The notes under the pieces were generated by a model. That model ran no database searches. It had not been told where the DNA came from and saw nothing but the letters and a program-made list of their open reading frames with translations. From an uncultured Candidatus Micrarchaeota archaeon (GTDB lineage: Archaea > Micrarchaeota > Micrarchaeia > Anstonellales > Bilamarchaeaceae), in NCBI GenBank assembly GCA_963723105.1, contig CAVRPK010000003.1, positions 9,206 to 73,205 of the forward strand: a stretch of 64,000 bases of DNA, in the 5' to 3' direction. Both the position numbers and the translations under genes were made by a program. How positions within the stretch are numbered: position 1 is the first letter of the stretch; each line of letters starts with the position of its first letter. Of this stretch, positions 28,085-40,006 are shown in pieces.

Positions 28085-29213
28085 TCTCTTCTCTTATCAT
28101 TTCTTTTGTTTTTTCTGATCTTTCTCTAACTCCCTTAAAATTCTCAGAGACCAACCTGCCAATTTCATCCCTCTGTTCTATTTTGCCCATTATTTTCTCA
28201 ATATCTATTTCATCCACTTTGCTCCAGCTATCTTTAGCAAAATCTCCAAGAACTTCTTTGAACTTGAATGTATTGCCAATAGCAAAAAAAGGAGTTCCAG
28301 AAAGTGTCCCCAGAACAAGAGGATGCATCCTGCTGGATATTATGAACTCTGATCCTGCAACTAGTGCAGCAACTTCATCTGGATTCTGAACTATCTCAAT
28401 TGACTTTGCATTGCTTTTTTCTGCAAGAATCTTGTTTATTTCAACATCTGCTCCGTTTGCAGGCATAAATACAACCTGAAATCCGGATTTTGCTACTTTT
28501 TTGCTAAGTTCTATCATACTGCTGGCATACTTCTTGGATTTCACATTTTCAGCGCAAAATATCACTCTTTTCTCTCTCTTTGTTTTTTCTGGCTGTTTAT
28601 ATGTGAAAACAATATCAGCTGTCAGTTTTGCTTTTTTAACTCCAATTTCTCTCAGAAGCCTGGCACTTTTTTCCTCACGAACAAATATCAGATCAGCCAT
28701 GTTCAAAAACACTGAAGCAAAGTTCCCATTCAAAAGCCCTTCAAAAGGCCCGAATGTTTGAGGAAGTATAATGATCTTCTTTTTTAGTATTTTTGCAAAT
28801 AAAAACTCACTGAAGGTCGTAATAAATCCATATTTTGGACTTATGAAATCTCCGCCAGGGCTGATCAAAACATTGCAATTGAAAAATTCTGTTAATGGTT
28901 TTTCAAATTCCCTGTTGAATAGAAAAAACTTTTTTCCAAGAAAGCGAAAAACCAGTACTGATATGATATGTGATCCATATATGAACGGATACTTTAGTAT
29001 GTCCAATCTGCCTTTCTTTTTAACTGGCCATGGCCATTTTTCAAGTTTTACATCCACTTCAGGACATGTTTTTCTTGTGAATGCCGGATCTGATACCAAT
29101 GCAGTTATTTCTGATTTTGGAACAATTTCTCTCATCCATCTAATCGAAGTCTTGAGCAGTGCCATATCTCCTACATTTGGACTCCAAGAATGAGGTATCA
29201 ATATCTTCATCAC
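28071..29213 (-). CDS. Polysaccharide pyruvyl transferase family protein (CsaB/WcaK-like)
   Basis: N-terminal SPNVGDMALL and C-terminal SSRMHPLVLGTLSGTPFFAIGNTFKF are typical of PS_pyruv_trans proteins. Confidence 0.72.
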   Translation of the reverse strand: MMKILIPHSWSPNVGDMALLKTSIRWMREIVPKSEITALVSDPAFTRKTCPEVDVKLEKWPWPVKKKGRLDILKYPFIYGSHIISVLVFRFLGKKFFLFNREFEKPLTEFFNCNVLISPGGDFISPKYGFITTFSEFLFAKILKKKIIILPQTFGPFEGLLNGNFASVFLNMADLIFVREEKSARLLREIGVKKAKLTADIVFTYKQPEKTKREKRVIFCAENVKSKKYASSMIELSKKVAKSGFQVVFMPANGADVEINKILAEKSNAKSIEIVQNPDEVAALVAGSEFIISSRMHPLVLGTLSGTPFFAIGNTFKFKEVLGDFAKDSWSKVDEIDIEKIMGKIEQRDEIGRLVSENFKGVRERSEKTKEMIREEIRSW

Positions 29214-29270
29214 TCGGTATTCTGGTTGCAGCTTTTAAATATCTTCGATGATAGTCTTTTCTGAAAATTT

Positions 29271-30905
29271 ATGGAGGACGTATCTCATTACTCAAAAGAA
29301 GTTGCCAAGGGCAGCCTTTGGAGTATGGCTGGAAGTGTTGTTTTCTACACATCTTCATTCTTTTATGTCATTTTGATAGCTCATGCGCTATCGCAAAATG
29401 ACATTGGTCTTTTCTTTCTTGCACTAAGCATTGTTTCGCTTGGAGCAACATTCGATAATTTTGGCCTGGGCACTGCACTATCTCGCTATGTGCCTTATTT
29501 TGAAGGGAAAGATGAGAAAGGAAAAATCAAGCCTCTTCTGAAACTAAGCTATCTGGTAGTTACCATATCATCTATTGTTTTCCTGGTCATCTTCTGGTTT
29601 CTTTCAGATTTCATCGCATCAATCTATTCCAATCCAGCACTTGCAGGAACGATCCAGACACTTTCAATTTTCTTTCTCTTTAGCAATATCTTCAATATCA
29701 ATATCTCTTATTTGCGTGGAAGAACCAACATTCGTGCCATGCAATATTCAGCCAATCTTCAAAATCTTTCAAAGCTTATCCTAACTGCGTTTCTCTTCTA
29801 TTTCTATGAAGCATCCCTTCTCACTCTTATTGCTGGTTTCCTTTCATCTTATGTAGTGAGCATCATCCTCTCATCCTTTTTTGTAATCAAAGATACATTT
29901 ACTCTTCCAAAGAATGAAACTCATTTTTCTGTTTCCAATTTTATATCAGAAATTGTTCCATTTGGTCTGATGCTGAGTTTAATTCATTCTGTCGGAACAA
30001 TCTTTTCTTCTGCTAATCGTATGCTCCTTGGATATATGGTAGATCCAATAGAATCTACCCAGGTAATTGCAATATATGCTGTGGCATTCACACTTGCGAA
30101 TGTTCTGATGGCACTGCCTAAATCAATAGGGGATATTTTCCTTCCACTAATCTCTCGTTTGTACGGTAAAAAGGAACTTGGTAAGATTTGTTCAATTACA
30201 ACTACTGCTCAGCGATGGTCTCTTTTCCTGACTATTCCATTTGGTATAATTATGATATTGTTCTCAGGAGACATACTTTCCTTGATGTATGGAGAGTCAT
30301 ATCGAAGCGGAGAATTAGTTATGTCGATTCTTACTCTTGGAATACTTTTGAGTGTAGTATCCTATGTGTTCTCGCTTTCCCTGGCAGCAATGAAGCTTGT
30401 AAAAATTCAGCTTTTAATTGCAGTTGTCTCAGGTGCGATAAATCTTACTTCAAGTGCCATACTCATCATGATGTTTGGCATGATTGGCTCGGCAATTGGT
30501 ACCTTCATTGGTTTCATAATAACTATTCTTTTGCTAAGTTATTATGCAAAGAAATACTTCAACTTCAAATTCTCTTCAAAAGTACTCAAATTGGCTGTTT
30601 CGGGAGTTTTGGTCATGGTCATCATGCTCCTAATCCGTCCCTATTTGCTCTCATTCTTTGGCATTTTTCCAGAAACTGAGGCAATGGGAGTTGGTCTTTA
30701 CATTTCAAAAATAATTCTTATGGCGTATATGGCTGTTTTGGCAAGCATCTCAATGTTCTTCTTTTTGATTTTTGCTCTTATTCTGAAATGCGTTTCACAA
30801 GAAGACGTTTCTCTTTTAGGACAAGCAATGATGAAAGCAAGGGTGCCAAAACCACTTATAAAATTCACAAAAGATATTGCATCCTATGGCGTCGGGGCGG
30901 ACTAA
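29271..30905 (+). CDS. Wzx-type oligo/polysaccharide flippase (MOP superfamily)
   Basis: 544 aa with about 14 TM helices and an N-terminus typical of polysaccharide biosynthesis proteins (KGSLWSMAGSVV...). It lies in a glycan cluster. Confidence 0.78.
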   Translation: MEDVSHYSKEVAKGSLWSMAGSVVFYTSSFFYVILIAHALSQNDIGLFFLALSIVSLGATFDNFGLGTALSRYVPYFEGKDEKGKIKPLLKLSYLVVTISSIVFLVIFWFLSDFIASIYSNPALAGTIQTLSIFFLFSNIFNINISYLRGRTNIRAMQYSANLQNLSKLILTAFLFYFYEASLLTLIAGFLSSYVVSIILSSFFVIKDTFTLPKNETHFSVSNFISEIVPFGLMLSLIHSVGTIFSSANRMLLGYMVDPIESTQVIAIYAVAFTLANVLMALPKSIGDIFLPLISRLYGKKELGKICSITTTAQRWSLFLTIPFGIIMILFSGDILSLMYGESYRSGELVMSILTLGILLSVVSYVFSLSLAAMKLVKIQLLIAVVSGAINLTSSAILIMMFGMIGSAIGTFIGFIITILLLSYYAKKYFNFKFSSKVLKLAVSGVLVMVIMLLIRPYLLSFFGIFPETEAMGVGLYISKIILMAYMAVLASISMFFFLIFALILKCVSQEDVSLLGQAMMKARVPKPLIKFTKDIASYGVGAD

Positions 30906-32164
30906 TCCATTCCATATCCTAATGTTTTTATGTTTCTACTTGAGATTATCCCAACGACAACCAGAAGCAATGATGCAAATACAAATGCTGGAACCAGAAT
31001 CAGCATGATTAACATTCCAAAAATTATGCCAATTTTTCCCCTGCCTTTGTATAGCTCATAAGTTTTTTCATCGCCCTGAAGATATGCGTTTTTTGCCATT
31101 AACATAATTGGCAAATGAATCCTTTCATATCTCTTGACAAAGACTACTGTTTTCCCAAAATATTTTTTGAAGTCCTGGAAAAATAATAATGATTCCATGG
31201 GCCGCCTTATTAGTCTTGGAAAACCTGCAAAAATTGAACCGTAGCGGAATTTGCTTGGATATGAGTCCTTATCAACAACTACATCCCCGCTTTTTTTCTT
31301 GTACTCTACTACTATAACATCATCAGCAGCAGGGATTTTTTTATTGCCAAATTCCATTACTGATCCATTTATCATTGCACTTATGATCACCTTTGCACGT
31401 TCATTCTTCCTAAATATCAAGAAGGAAGTAGCGCCAGTCAGATGAAAAAAACAAAACAAGAATGCTCTCACATAATTTCCAAGCAGTAGCCATGCTTCAA
31501 AACCACCACGTGAATACAGGTATCTTTTTTGTGTATTGTCTATCAAGGGCATGTCCAATGGTTCATGGTATGTTGTTGCTTCAGTATGCTCAACATTAAT
31601 TCCCATCTTCTTTATCCTTTCAATCATCTCGACATCGTCCCCTCCGAAAAAAAGAGGGTAGAATGGCAAGCCTGCCCTTCTCAATATTTTTTGCGGGATG
31701 CAAGAATAATGGAATACATATTCATGTTGAATTGTTTCCTTGCCACGCCTCCATTTAGATATGGCAATAGTATTATCTTTTTGTACTCTATGAACAAGTT
31801 CCTCAACAAGTGTTTCTGAAACAGGAAAACAATCATCATCTGCAGAAATGATATTCTCATAGCCTTCCTCAAGAGCAGTTTTCTGTCCAATATAAAAAGC
31901 TCCAGCACATCCATTTCTTCCATTTTCTTTAATGTGAAAAATACTCCCTGAAGCCCCGTCCAAAAAATTGTCCTTTTCTCCATAAACAATAATTATGTCG
32001 AAATCTCTGAATGATTGTTTTTCAAGAAGATCAAGGTGTTTTCTCAAAACTTCTGGATTCTGATAAGTAGCAATGACTATGACTGTTTTTGCATTTTCTC
32101 CATTTCTCTTGTCGATTTTTTTCAAGATAATGCTGTCAAGCTTTGGGGCGGATAATGTTTTCAT
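30902..32164 (-). CDS. Glycosyltransferase (GT2-like) with a C-terminal membrane anchor
   Basis: VIVIATYQNPEVLRKHLDLLEKQSFRDFDIIIVYGEKD...SADDDCFP, with a C-terminal TM helix. Confidence 0.7.
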   Translation of the reverse strand: MKTLSAPKLDSIILKKIDKRNGENAKTVIVIATYQNPEVLRKHLDLLEKQSFRDFDIIIVYGEKDNFLDGASGSIFHIKENGRNGCAGAFYIGQKTALEEGYENIISADDDCFPVSETLVEELVHRVQKDNTIAISKWRRGKETIQHEYVFHYSCIPQKILRRAGLPFYPLFFGGDDVEMIERIKKMGINVEHTEATTYHEPLDMPLIDNTQKRYLYSRGGFEAWLLLGNYVRAFLFCFFHLTGATSFLIFRKNERAKVIISAMINGSVMEFGNKKIPAADDVIVVEYKKKSGDVVVDKDSYPSKFRYGSIFAGFPRLIRRPMESLLFFQDFKKYFGKTVVFVKRYERIHLPIMLMAKNAYLQGDEKTYELYKGRGKIGIIFGMLIMLILVPAFVFASLLLVVVGIISSRNIKTLGYGMD

Positions 32165-32479
32165 TTACTTCCTCTTTTGCACCAGTTCAATAAATAAATT
32201 AGCTATTCCAGCTAGCATGATCCAGTAGCTTGATATGGCCAGTTCATTGTTGTCTGGTATTGTTGCCATTGCAAAAATCAGGATTCCAAGCCAGATCGAT
32301 TTTTTCCCATCCAATTGCCTTTTATAAAAAATGAAAATAAGAACTGCAGATATCATGGCACTTATAATTTCGCTTTGAACCAAATTGATTATGAAACAGG
32401 CAACAACTGGCCAGACGTACTGTTCGTTTTTGTAAATCAAATCCCGTATCTCTTTCTCTTCTATGATCATTTGTCCCAT
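32165..32479 (-). CDS. Small membrane protein (3 TM helices)
   Basis: 104-aa hydrophobic ORF translationally packed between the two neighbouring minus-strand genes. Confidence 0.5.
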   Translation of the reverse strand: MGQMIIEEKEIRDLIYKNEQYVWPVVACFIINLVQSEIISAMISAVLIFIFYKRQLDGKKSIWLGILIFAMATIPDNNELAISSYWIMLAGIANLFIELVQKRK

Positions 32480-34833
32480 CTCTTCAGAACATAAATACTG
32501 CCAAGTATTACTGTCAGGATACTTATGCCCATTCCCATCTCAAATGAATCCTGAGAAGCGTATCTCATAGTGATATCAAGTTCTCCAGTCTCATCTATCC
32601 AGTACCCATTCATCTGGCCGTATAATTTAATCGGCTTTATCACCTTGCCATTCATTCTAAGCTCCCAAAACTTTGAATATTTTTCAGCAAATCCAAGAAG
32701 GAATGGTTTTGACGAATCAATTTTTACTGTCCAAAGTGTTGGGTTTATTCTTTCATACCCAATTATCCTGGCATTGCTAGTATTGTTCTGGAACTCTGGG
32801 GTTTCAGATATGCTGACAAAATCCAAAACAGAATAATTTCCAATCCTAATGCTGAGGTTATATTTTCCTTTCTCTAGTTGTATCTTTCCTCCATCAATAT
32901 TTGCTAGGGATTCCGATTCAAGATTCATGCTCCTATTAGATATGTTAGTTTCGAAAGAACCCTTTCCATGCACCACAATCTCATATGTGCCATTTCGCTC
33001 TATCTGAACTGTTCTTGATATTATTATTGTTCTATTTGAACTCTCGATATAACTAGTATTTTTTCTATATCTCTTGTAATTAAAATCATCTTCTGCTTCG
33101 AATAGGAAAATGGAATATTGATCATCCTTTGTTTCGTTATTCAATATGAACTTTGTATGATTTTCTTCACTGGAAGTTATTGCAAAATTTTCTGGCTGGA
33201 TCTTTACAGCAGAATATATCTCTTCATCTGCTGCAAGTACAGTTCCTTCGTAAACTGAAAATGGCATTGTTTCTTTTCCGTCAGTACAAATTGTAATGTC
33301 TCTATCAGATTTACAATCCCAACCCTCCTCATCTGCATCATTTCCGAATCTTACGATGTGGTGAATGTTCAGCGCATCGAGCAATTCATCTGGAGCATCT
33401 CTAAGCGCTCTAATGCTACCATATGTAGAGACCGTTCCTTCAAAATTTGGACGTGTTATCTGTTTTTTCTGGCCAAAAATATCTATTACAGGTACTTCCA
33501 AGTCTCTTCCTAAATACAATACTGCCTTGTTCTCTTTTGGTATGTCTTCTATCATTTTCCAGTTTTCATCCAGGTATGCTGCTGCATAATTTTCTCTAAG
33601 ATATACTGTGCCAGGAGACAAAAGGATATTTACAAGCAGCATTACTATGAATCCTCCAATCAAGATCTGTTTTTTTGGCCTTTGGATTTTGTTTAATCCA
33701 ATCGTAATTATAACTATCAAAAATGCCGGTATGAGGATGCTTATCCTTGCCCATTCTCTCATGGGCCCAAGAAGTTGTGCTAATCCAATCCCAGCAATAA
33801 TATCCATTATATATGATAAAATTTCATTATGGTGCCCCCTAGCTAGAAAAATTACGGCAAAAATCCCCATCATGAAAATCACTGATAATTGTTTCTCCTT
33901 AATGCCTAATTTTTGGTATGAAAGAACGAAAATTATGAAGCTAATTGCAAACAATCCAAATCCAGAATACCTAAATAATATATTTCTAAAAACCAAATAA
34001 TCCGGTACCTGCGGCCACCAATTATTTGAAAACGCAAATAAATTCAGTATCTCTCCATGTTTTGATAGATAGCCGAAACTGTCTGTTGTTACTTTTATTG
34101 GGTATTCCAATTCCAGATCCTTAGCCAGTAAAAATGAAGGTGCATTTAGAAGTACAAAAATTACAAGTGGCACAAAAAAGAATTTTATTGTCTCTTTTTT
34201 ATCTCTAAAATATGAATATGTGGTAAGGCCAATGTGGAATATTAACATGTACAAAAATGAGTGCGGTAAAAATCCAAACACTCCAAATAACAAACAATAG
34301 CCAAACAGGTGAACTGTCTTCCTATTGGTCAGATATTGAAGACCTAATTGGATAAACATGGGAAAAATTGCATATGTATACCATATCCATATGTGGCTAA
34401 TTCGCTCTACTGACCAGAGATTAAGGAAATAAAACGGGATTAGCAAAAGGATCATTATTGCAGATTGTCTATCATTTTTTTCAAAATGTCTTACTAATTG
34501 ATATATCCCAACACTTCCTATTATCATTGAAATCAGGATAAGTGCGCTTGTAAACTGCGCGTCTGAAAATTCAATAAATTCCGAGAGGATGCTCCACCCT
34601 CCAAGTAGAACAAATCTGTTTGTTGTCTGCCTTGTTCCCCCACCAAAAAAAGAGTATATGCTTATGTTCTTTCTTATTTCTCCTGATTCCGAGCCAATAA
34701 TGGTGTTGATATCTCCATAAATGATCAAAAGTTCTGAATCCATTATCGGTGCTAGGACTGGGTAAAAGTTGTAAATTACAAACATCAGTCCAAGAAAAAA
34801 CGCTATATAGCTAGCTTTATTCGAAAGTTGCAC
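32467..34833 (-). CDS. Large polytopic membrane protein with a C-terminal extracytoplasmic domain (GT-C-type glycosyltransferase or polymerase-like)
   Basis: 788 aa. The first approx. 420 aa are strongly hydrophobic with 10 or more TM helices, followed by a soluble domain and a terminal TM helix. The functional call rests on architecture and context only. Confidence 0.5.
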   Translation of the reverse strand: MQLSNKASYIAFFLGLMFVIYNFYPVLAPIMDSELLIIYGDINTIIGSESGEIRKNISIYSFFGGGTRQTTNRFVLLGGWSILSEFIEFSDAQFTSALILISMIIGSVGIYQLVRHFEKNDRQSAIMILLLIPFYFLNLWSVERISHIWIWYTYAIFPMFIQLGLQYLTNRKTVHLFGYCLLFGVFGFLPHSFLYMLIFHIGLTTYSYFRDKKETIKFFFVPLVIFVLLNAPSFLLAKDLELEYPIKVTTDSFGYLSKHGEILNLFAFSNNWWPQVPDYLVFRNILFRYSGFGLFAISFIIFVLSYQKLGIKEKQLSVIFMMGIFAVIFLARGHHNEILSYIMDIIAGIGLAQLLGPMREWARISILIPAFLIVIITIGLNKIQRPKKQILIGGFIVMLLVNILLSPGTVYLRENYAAAYLDENWKMIEDIPKENKAVLYLGRDLEVPVIDIFGQKKQITRPNFEGTVSTYGSIRALRDAPDELLDALNIHHIVRFGNDADEEGWDCKSDRDITICTDGKETMPFSVYEGTVLAADEEIYSAVKIQPENFAITSSEENHTKFILNNETKDDQYSIFLFEAEDDFNYKRYRKNTSYIESSNRTIIISRTVQIERNGTYEIVVHGKGSFETNISNRSMNLESESLANIDGGKIQLEKGKYNLSIRIGNYSVLDFVSISETPEFQNNTSNARIIGYERINPTLWTVKIDSSKPFLLGFAEKYSKFWELRMNGKVIKPIKLYGQMNGYWIDETGELDITMRYASQDSFEMGMGISILTVILGSIYVLKRWDK

Positions 34834-34887
34834 ATCAGACTTCTTACAAATTCTTTTTTTTAAGCTTTAGTTATATATCAGTGTCAC

Positions 34888-35971
34888 ATGAAAATTGCTT
34901 TTTTTAATTGGCGTGACATCAAAAATCCGTTTGCAGGAGGAGCAGAGGTTTATGTTCACCAGGTTATGAAGCATTTAACAGCACTTGGTCATGACGTTAC
35001 TTTATTTACTTCTACTTTTCCAGGCTCACCTGAAAAAGAAATTATTGATGGGGTGGCCCATGTTCGCTATGCCGGGAAATATCAAATTTTTTCCAATTCT
35101 TACTTTTGCTATAACAAATATATCAAAGGAAAATTTGATCTGATTGTTGAAAGTATCAATGCAATGCCTTTTTTCACTCCATTATTTGCTAAGGAAAAAG
35201 TAATTCCATTTATCCATCAGATGACCCGTGAAAATTGGTATTCTGGAATCTGCTTTCCGATTGCTTTTTTGGGTTATCATTCTGAGAATCATCTGCTTGG
35301 TTTATACAAAAAGCTTCCAACAATTGTTCCATCTGAATCTACCAGAGATGATCTTCGTTTATTAGGATTTCAAAATATTTCAGTAATTAAAGGAGCTGCA
35401 GATGTTCTTCCTCATGAGGATTCCAAAGAAAAAAACCCAACTCTTCTTTACCTTGGAAGACTTACATCTTCCAAGCAAGTGGATCATGTTCTTCAAACAT
35501 TCAGAAAAGTTATGACTGATATCCCAAATGCAAAATTATGGATTGCCGGAAGAGGCCCGGAAGAATCCAACCTCAAGAAAATGTCAATTGATCTCAAAAT
35601 TAATGATTCTGTTAAATTTTTTGGATATGTTGATAAGAACAAAAAAACCAGAACTTCTATCAAGAGCGCATATGATGCTGTTTCCTGCTGTTCGTGAAGG
35701 ATGGGGGTTAGTTGTTCTTGAAGCAAATGCATGCGGCACTCCTGTGATAGGTTATAATACATATGGGTTGAGAGATAGTATTATTGATGGAGTTAATGGT
35801 TTTTTGGTTGACGATGTTCAATCAATGTCTGCCAAAGCAATTGAACTGCTCTCTGATAATAATAAAATAAATTCATTGTGCGAAAGTTCTTTGGTCTACT
35901 CCAAAAAATTTAATTGGGAAAAAACAACTGATGAGTTTCGTTCTTTATTTGAAAGAGTGATTGCGAAGTGA
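34888..35971 (+). pseudogene. Group 1 (GT4) glycosyltransferase interrupted by a +1 frameshift in an A7 tract
   Basis: ORF 34888-35697 carries the N-terminal domain. ORF 35528-35971 carries EGWGLVVLEANACGTPVIG. Removing one A from A7 (35641-35647) gives ...GYVDKNKKPELLSRAHMMLFPAVREGWG... as a single 360-aa ORF. Confidence 0.8.
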
Positions 35972-38108
35972 TTTTTTTGATAAAAAAGATTATAACATTG
36001 TCAATATATCTCATAATCTCCCTTCTGATAATACTCCCCCTCCTAGATCCTGGGATACTATCTTACCCTTGATATGCAATGGGGTCCGGAAACTTTTTCT
36101 GATGATCATTTTGGCAGTTTATATGGGGATGTAGCAAATCCTTATGGTGCATATCTCCCGTTTGAACTTGTTTTTGCAGCACTTTCTCAATTCCTTTCAG
36201 TTGAAGTTGTACAAAAGCTATTGCTACTATTTATCCTTTTTTTCTCTGGAGTTTCTGCTCACTATTCTTTGCCCTCTAAACTCGGAAACAATAGATTTGT
36301 TGCTGGATTTTTCTATTTATTGAATTCTTTTGTATTTGTAAGATTTCTTGCAGGGCATTGGAGTGTTCTATTATCTTATGCATTTTGGCCATTTGCAATA
36401 AAGTATTTCTATGAATTTCTGGAAAAGCCTGGCGATAGATCCTCACTGGTAAAATGTGCAGTTCTAACTTTTATTGCTTCAGTAAGCAGCCATGCACTTG
36501 CAATTCTTCTTGCTTGCATATGCTATTCTTTTCATTTTATACTATGCCATGAAGACAAAAGAATCTCAATTACTAATCAAAAGAACCGCTGCTCTTGGCT
36601 TAATTATTGTTGCAGTTAATCTTTTCTGGATACTTCCAACTATTCTAACTTTTGATGAAACTTATTCTCTAACAAGCTCATCATCAGATTATCTTGAAGA
36701 TTTTGGCGCTCGTGCTAATGACATGTCTACTGAACAATCTGTATTTTCGTTACATGGATTTTGGAGAGGTGGCTTTAGGCTTACAAAAGATTTTTTCGAC
36801 CACTGGTATCTTCCATTTTCCTTTCTCGTCATTATTGCGGGATTGGGCATATATCATCTGCTGAAAACTGATCTGACAAAATGCCTTTTCCTCACAGTCT
36901 CATTTTTCATTGCATTTTTGCTGGCTCTTGGAGCAACAAGTCCTATTTCATTTATCTTTGATATTTTTGGAGAGACCTTACCACTATATTTCTTTTTCAG
37001 GGATTCTCAGAAATTTGTCGGACTGCTGGCACTGGTATATGCAATTGCAGGAGCATATGGTTCATTTTTCTTATCTCAAAAATCAACTAAATTTTTCTTC
37101 ATTATCCCGCTTCTCGCAATTCTCATGGCCAATTTTGGCTTCCTCTGGCTAAACGGACAGATTACATCAACCGAATATCCAAATGATTGGCAGGAAGCAA
37201 AATTACTGATGGCAAACGATACTAGTGAAACCAATATCCTTAGCCTTCCCCTTCATCTATATCGTCCATATCCTTGGGTTAATAGCTTCTCAAAAACAAT
37301 GGCAACTCCAGCAAGCCAGTTCTTCTCAAAGCCAGTAATTACTGCATCTACTGTTGAGACTCAAAATGTTTATTCAGATTCAAACAGTCCTGTGACAAAT
37401 TACCTCAATTATATGTTTGAAAATAGAGAATATATCAACAATACTGCCGAGTATCTTTTGCCTTTGAATGCAAGATATATCCTGCTGTTCAAAGATGACA
37501 GTAATTCAATACATTATCTTTGGCTTTTCTATCGCCACCAGGGGGTCGAGCACATAGAGCTTATCTACGAAAGCCCATCCTTCTATCTTTTTAGAAATAA
37601 TCTTGCAACTGGGCCGTTCTTTTCATCCAAAGAGAATGGCAGCTCTACGTTATCCTCTTTTGTTGGTTCTAACATGTACTCCTCAGAAGTTGAGTATGAG
37701 AAAGTTTCTCCAAACAAATATCAAATAACTAATTCATCCTATGATTATACTGTTTATTCTGGGGTATTGAAGAAATCTTATTACTATTCTGGTGGCGCGC
37801 TGTCAAAATGGCACAAGGTCGCAACAGTATTTGATTCATCTAGTGGTGCTGTTTTTGAAAACCGGATGATGCAGATATCTGTAATCCTTTTTGCACTATC
37901 CTGGTTTGTTTTATTGTACCTTATTCTGAATCCGTCTGTTCCAGAGCTTGCATTCATCATATTCCTGTTTTTCGTAATTGTTTTCTTAATCCTCGAGGGA
38001 ATAATTCTTCCGGAGATTATCGGAATACTTTATGTTCTATCATTTATAACAAGTTTTATTCGGTTGCTATCTATCAAAAATAGTGCGACATTTCCTAAAC
38101 GTTTTTAA
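35968..38108 (+). pseudogene. Large polytopic membrane protein (same architecture as 32467-34833) split by two +1 frameshifts
   Basis: Three fragments lie in successive frames. Fragment 1: GTG 35968-36072 (VIFLIKKIITLSIYLIISLLIILPLLDPGILSYP*). Fragment 2: 36074-36619. Fragment 3: 36492-38108. The shifts fall within 36047-36072 and around 36500-36530. Confidence 0.6.
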
Positions 38109-38132
38109 ACATGTACCGTTCCTTCATTAGTC

Positions 38133-39296
<1,164 letters not shown>

Positions 39297-39319
39297 TTTT
39301 TTTTATTCTTTTTCTATTT

Positions 39320-40006
39320 TTATCTTAAGTAAAATAATAACAAAAGCAAACTAATTATCAGTGGTTGATGTATGACATATATTAGCAGTGAGTTTCTTCC
39401 AAGGTATGTGAGGCCTTCTGTTAGTTTATTCTTTACTTTGAACTCTGGCATAACCTTTCCCAGAAACAACCCGATTAGCACAACTCCAAACCATGGAACC
39501 AGTGGATAATGATCAAGTGCAGTATATGTATGAGTTATCCATCCAAGCCAGAACAAATAATATATGTCTGTATAATGAACAGAAATTCCTGCAATTATCA
39601 ATATTACTCCTAGTATGAGGTTAAGCCATTTAAACCTGAAAAATAGCGGAGCAATTAATGTGGATACTGCTATGCAATGTATTACTCCAAATTTTATGAA
39701 TTCCTCTGGAGCAACTATCCATGTTGCTATGCTTATCAAAAGTGCAACTGCACCCAATTTCACAGCTCTCTTAAGATGCCTCTTATATCCTTCATTATTC
39801 TTCTTTTCGCTTAAAATCAGAGATATCCCCACAAGAAGAAGGAACATGGTCCCAACAACTCTTTGAAATAATAATAGCTCCAAATCCTCAAAATTAATAT
39901 GGACAATTCTCAAAAATTCAAGATCAAAAGTCAAATGGAAAATTATCATTAATACTATTGCAACTCCACGAAAAGCATCAATATCCATCCTTCTATCTTT
40001 GTACAT
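39320..40006 (-). CDS. DUF1624-type membrane protein (heparan-alpha-glucosaminide N-acetyltransferase-like)
   Basis: KDRRMDIDAFRGVAIVLMIIFHLTFDL followed by multiple TM helices. Start set at ATG 40006, with an alternative at 39988. The longer ORF-track N-terminus overlaps the upstream gene. Confidence 0.65.
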   Translation of the reverse strand: MYKDRRMDIDAFRGVAIVLMIIFHLTFDLEFLRIVHINFEDLELLLFQRVVGTMFLLLVGISLILSEKKNNEGYKRHLKRAVKLGAVALLISIATWIVAPEEFIKFGVIHCIAVSTLIAPLFFRFKWLNLILGVILIIAGISVHYTDIYYLFWLGWITHTYTALDHYPLVPWFGVVLIGLFLGKVMPEFKVKNKLTEGLTYLGRNSLLIYVIHQPLIISLLLLLFYLR

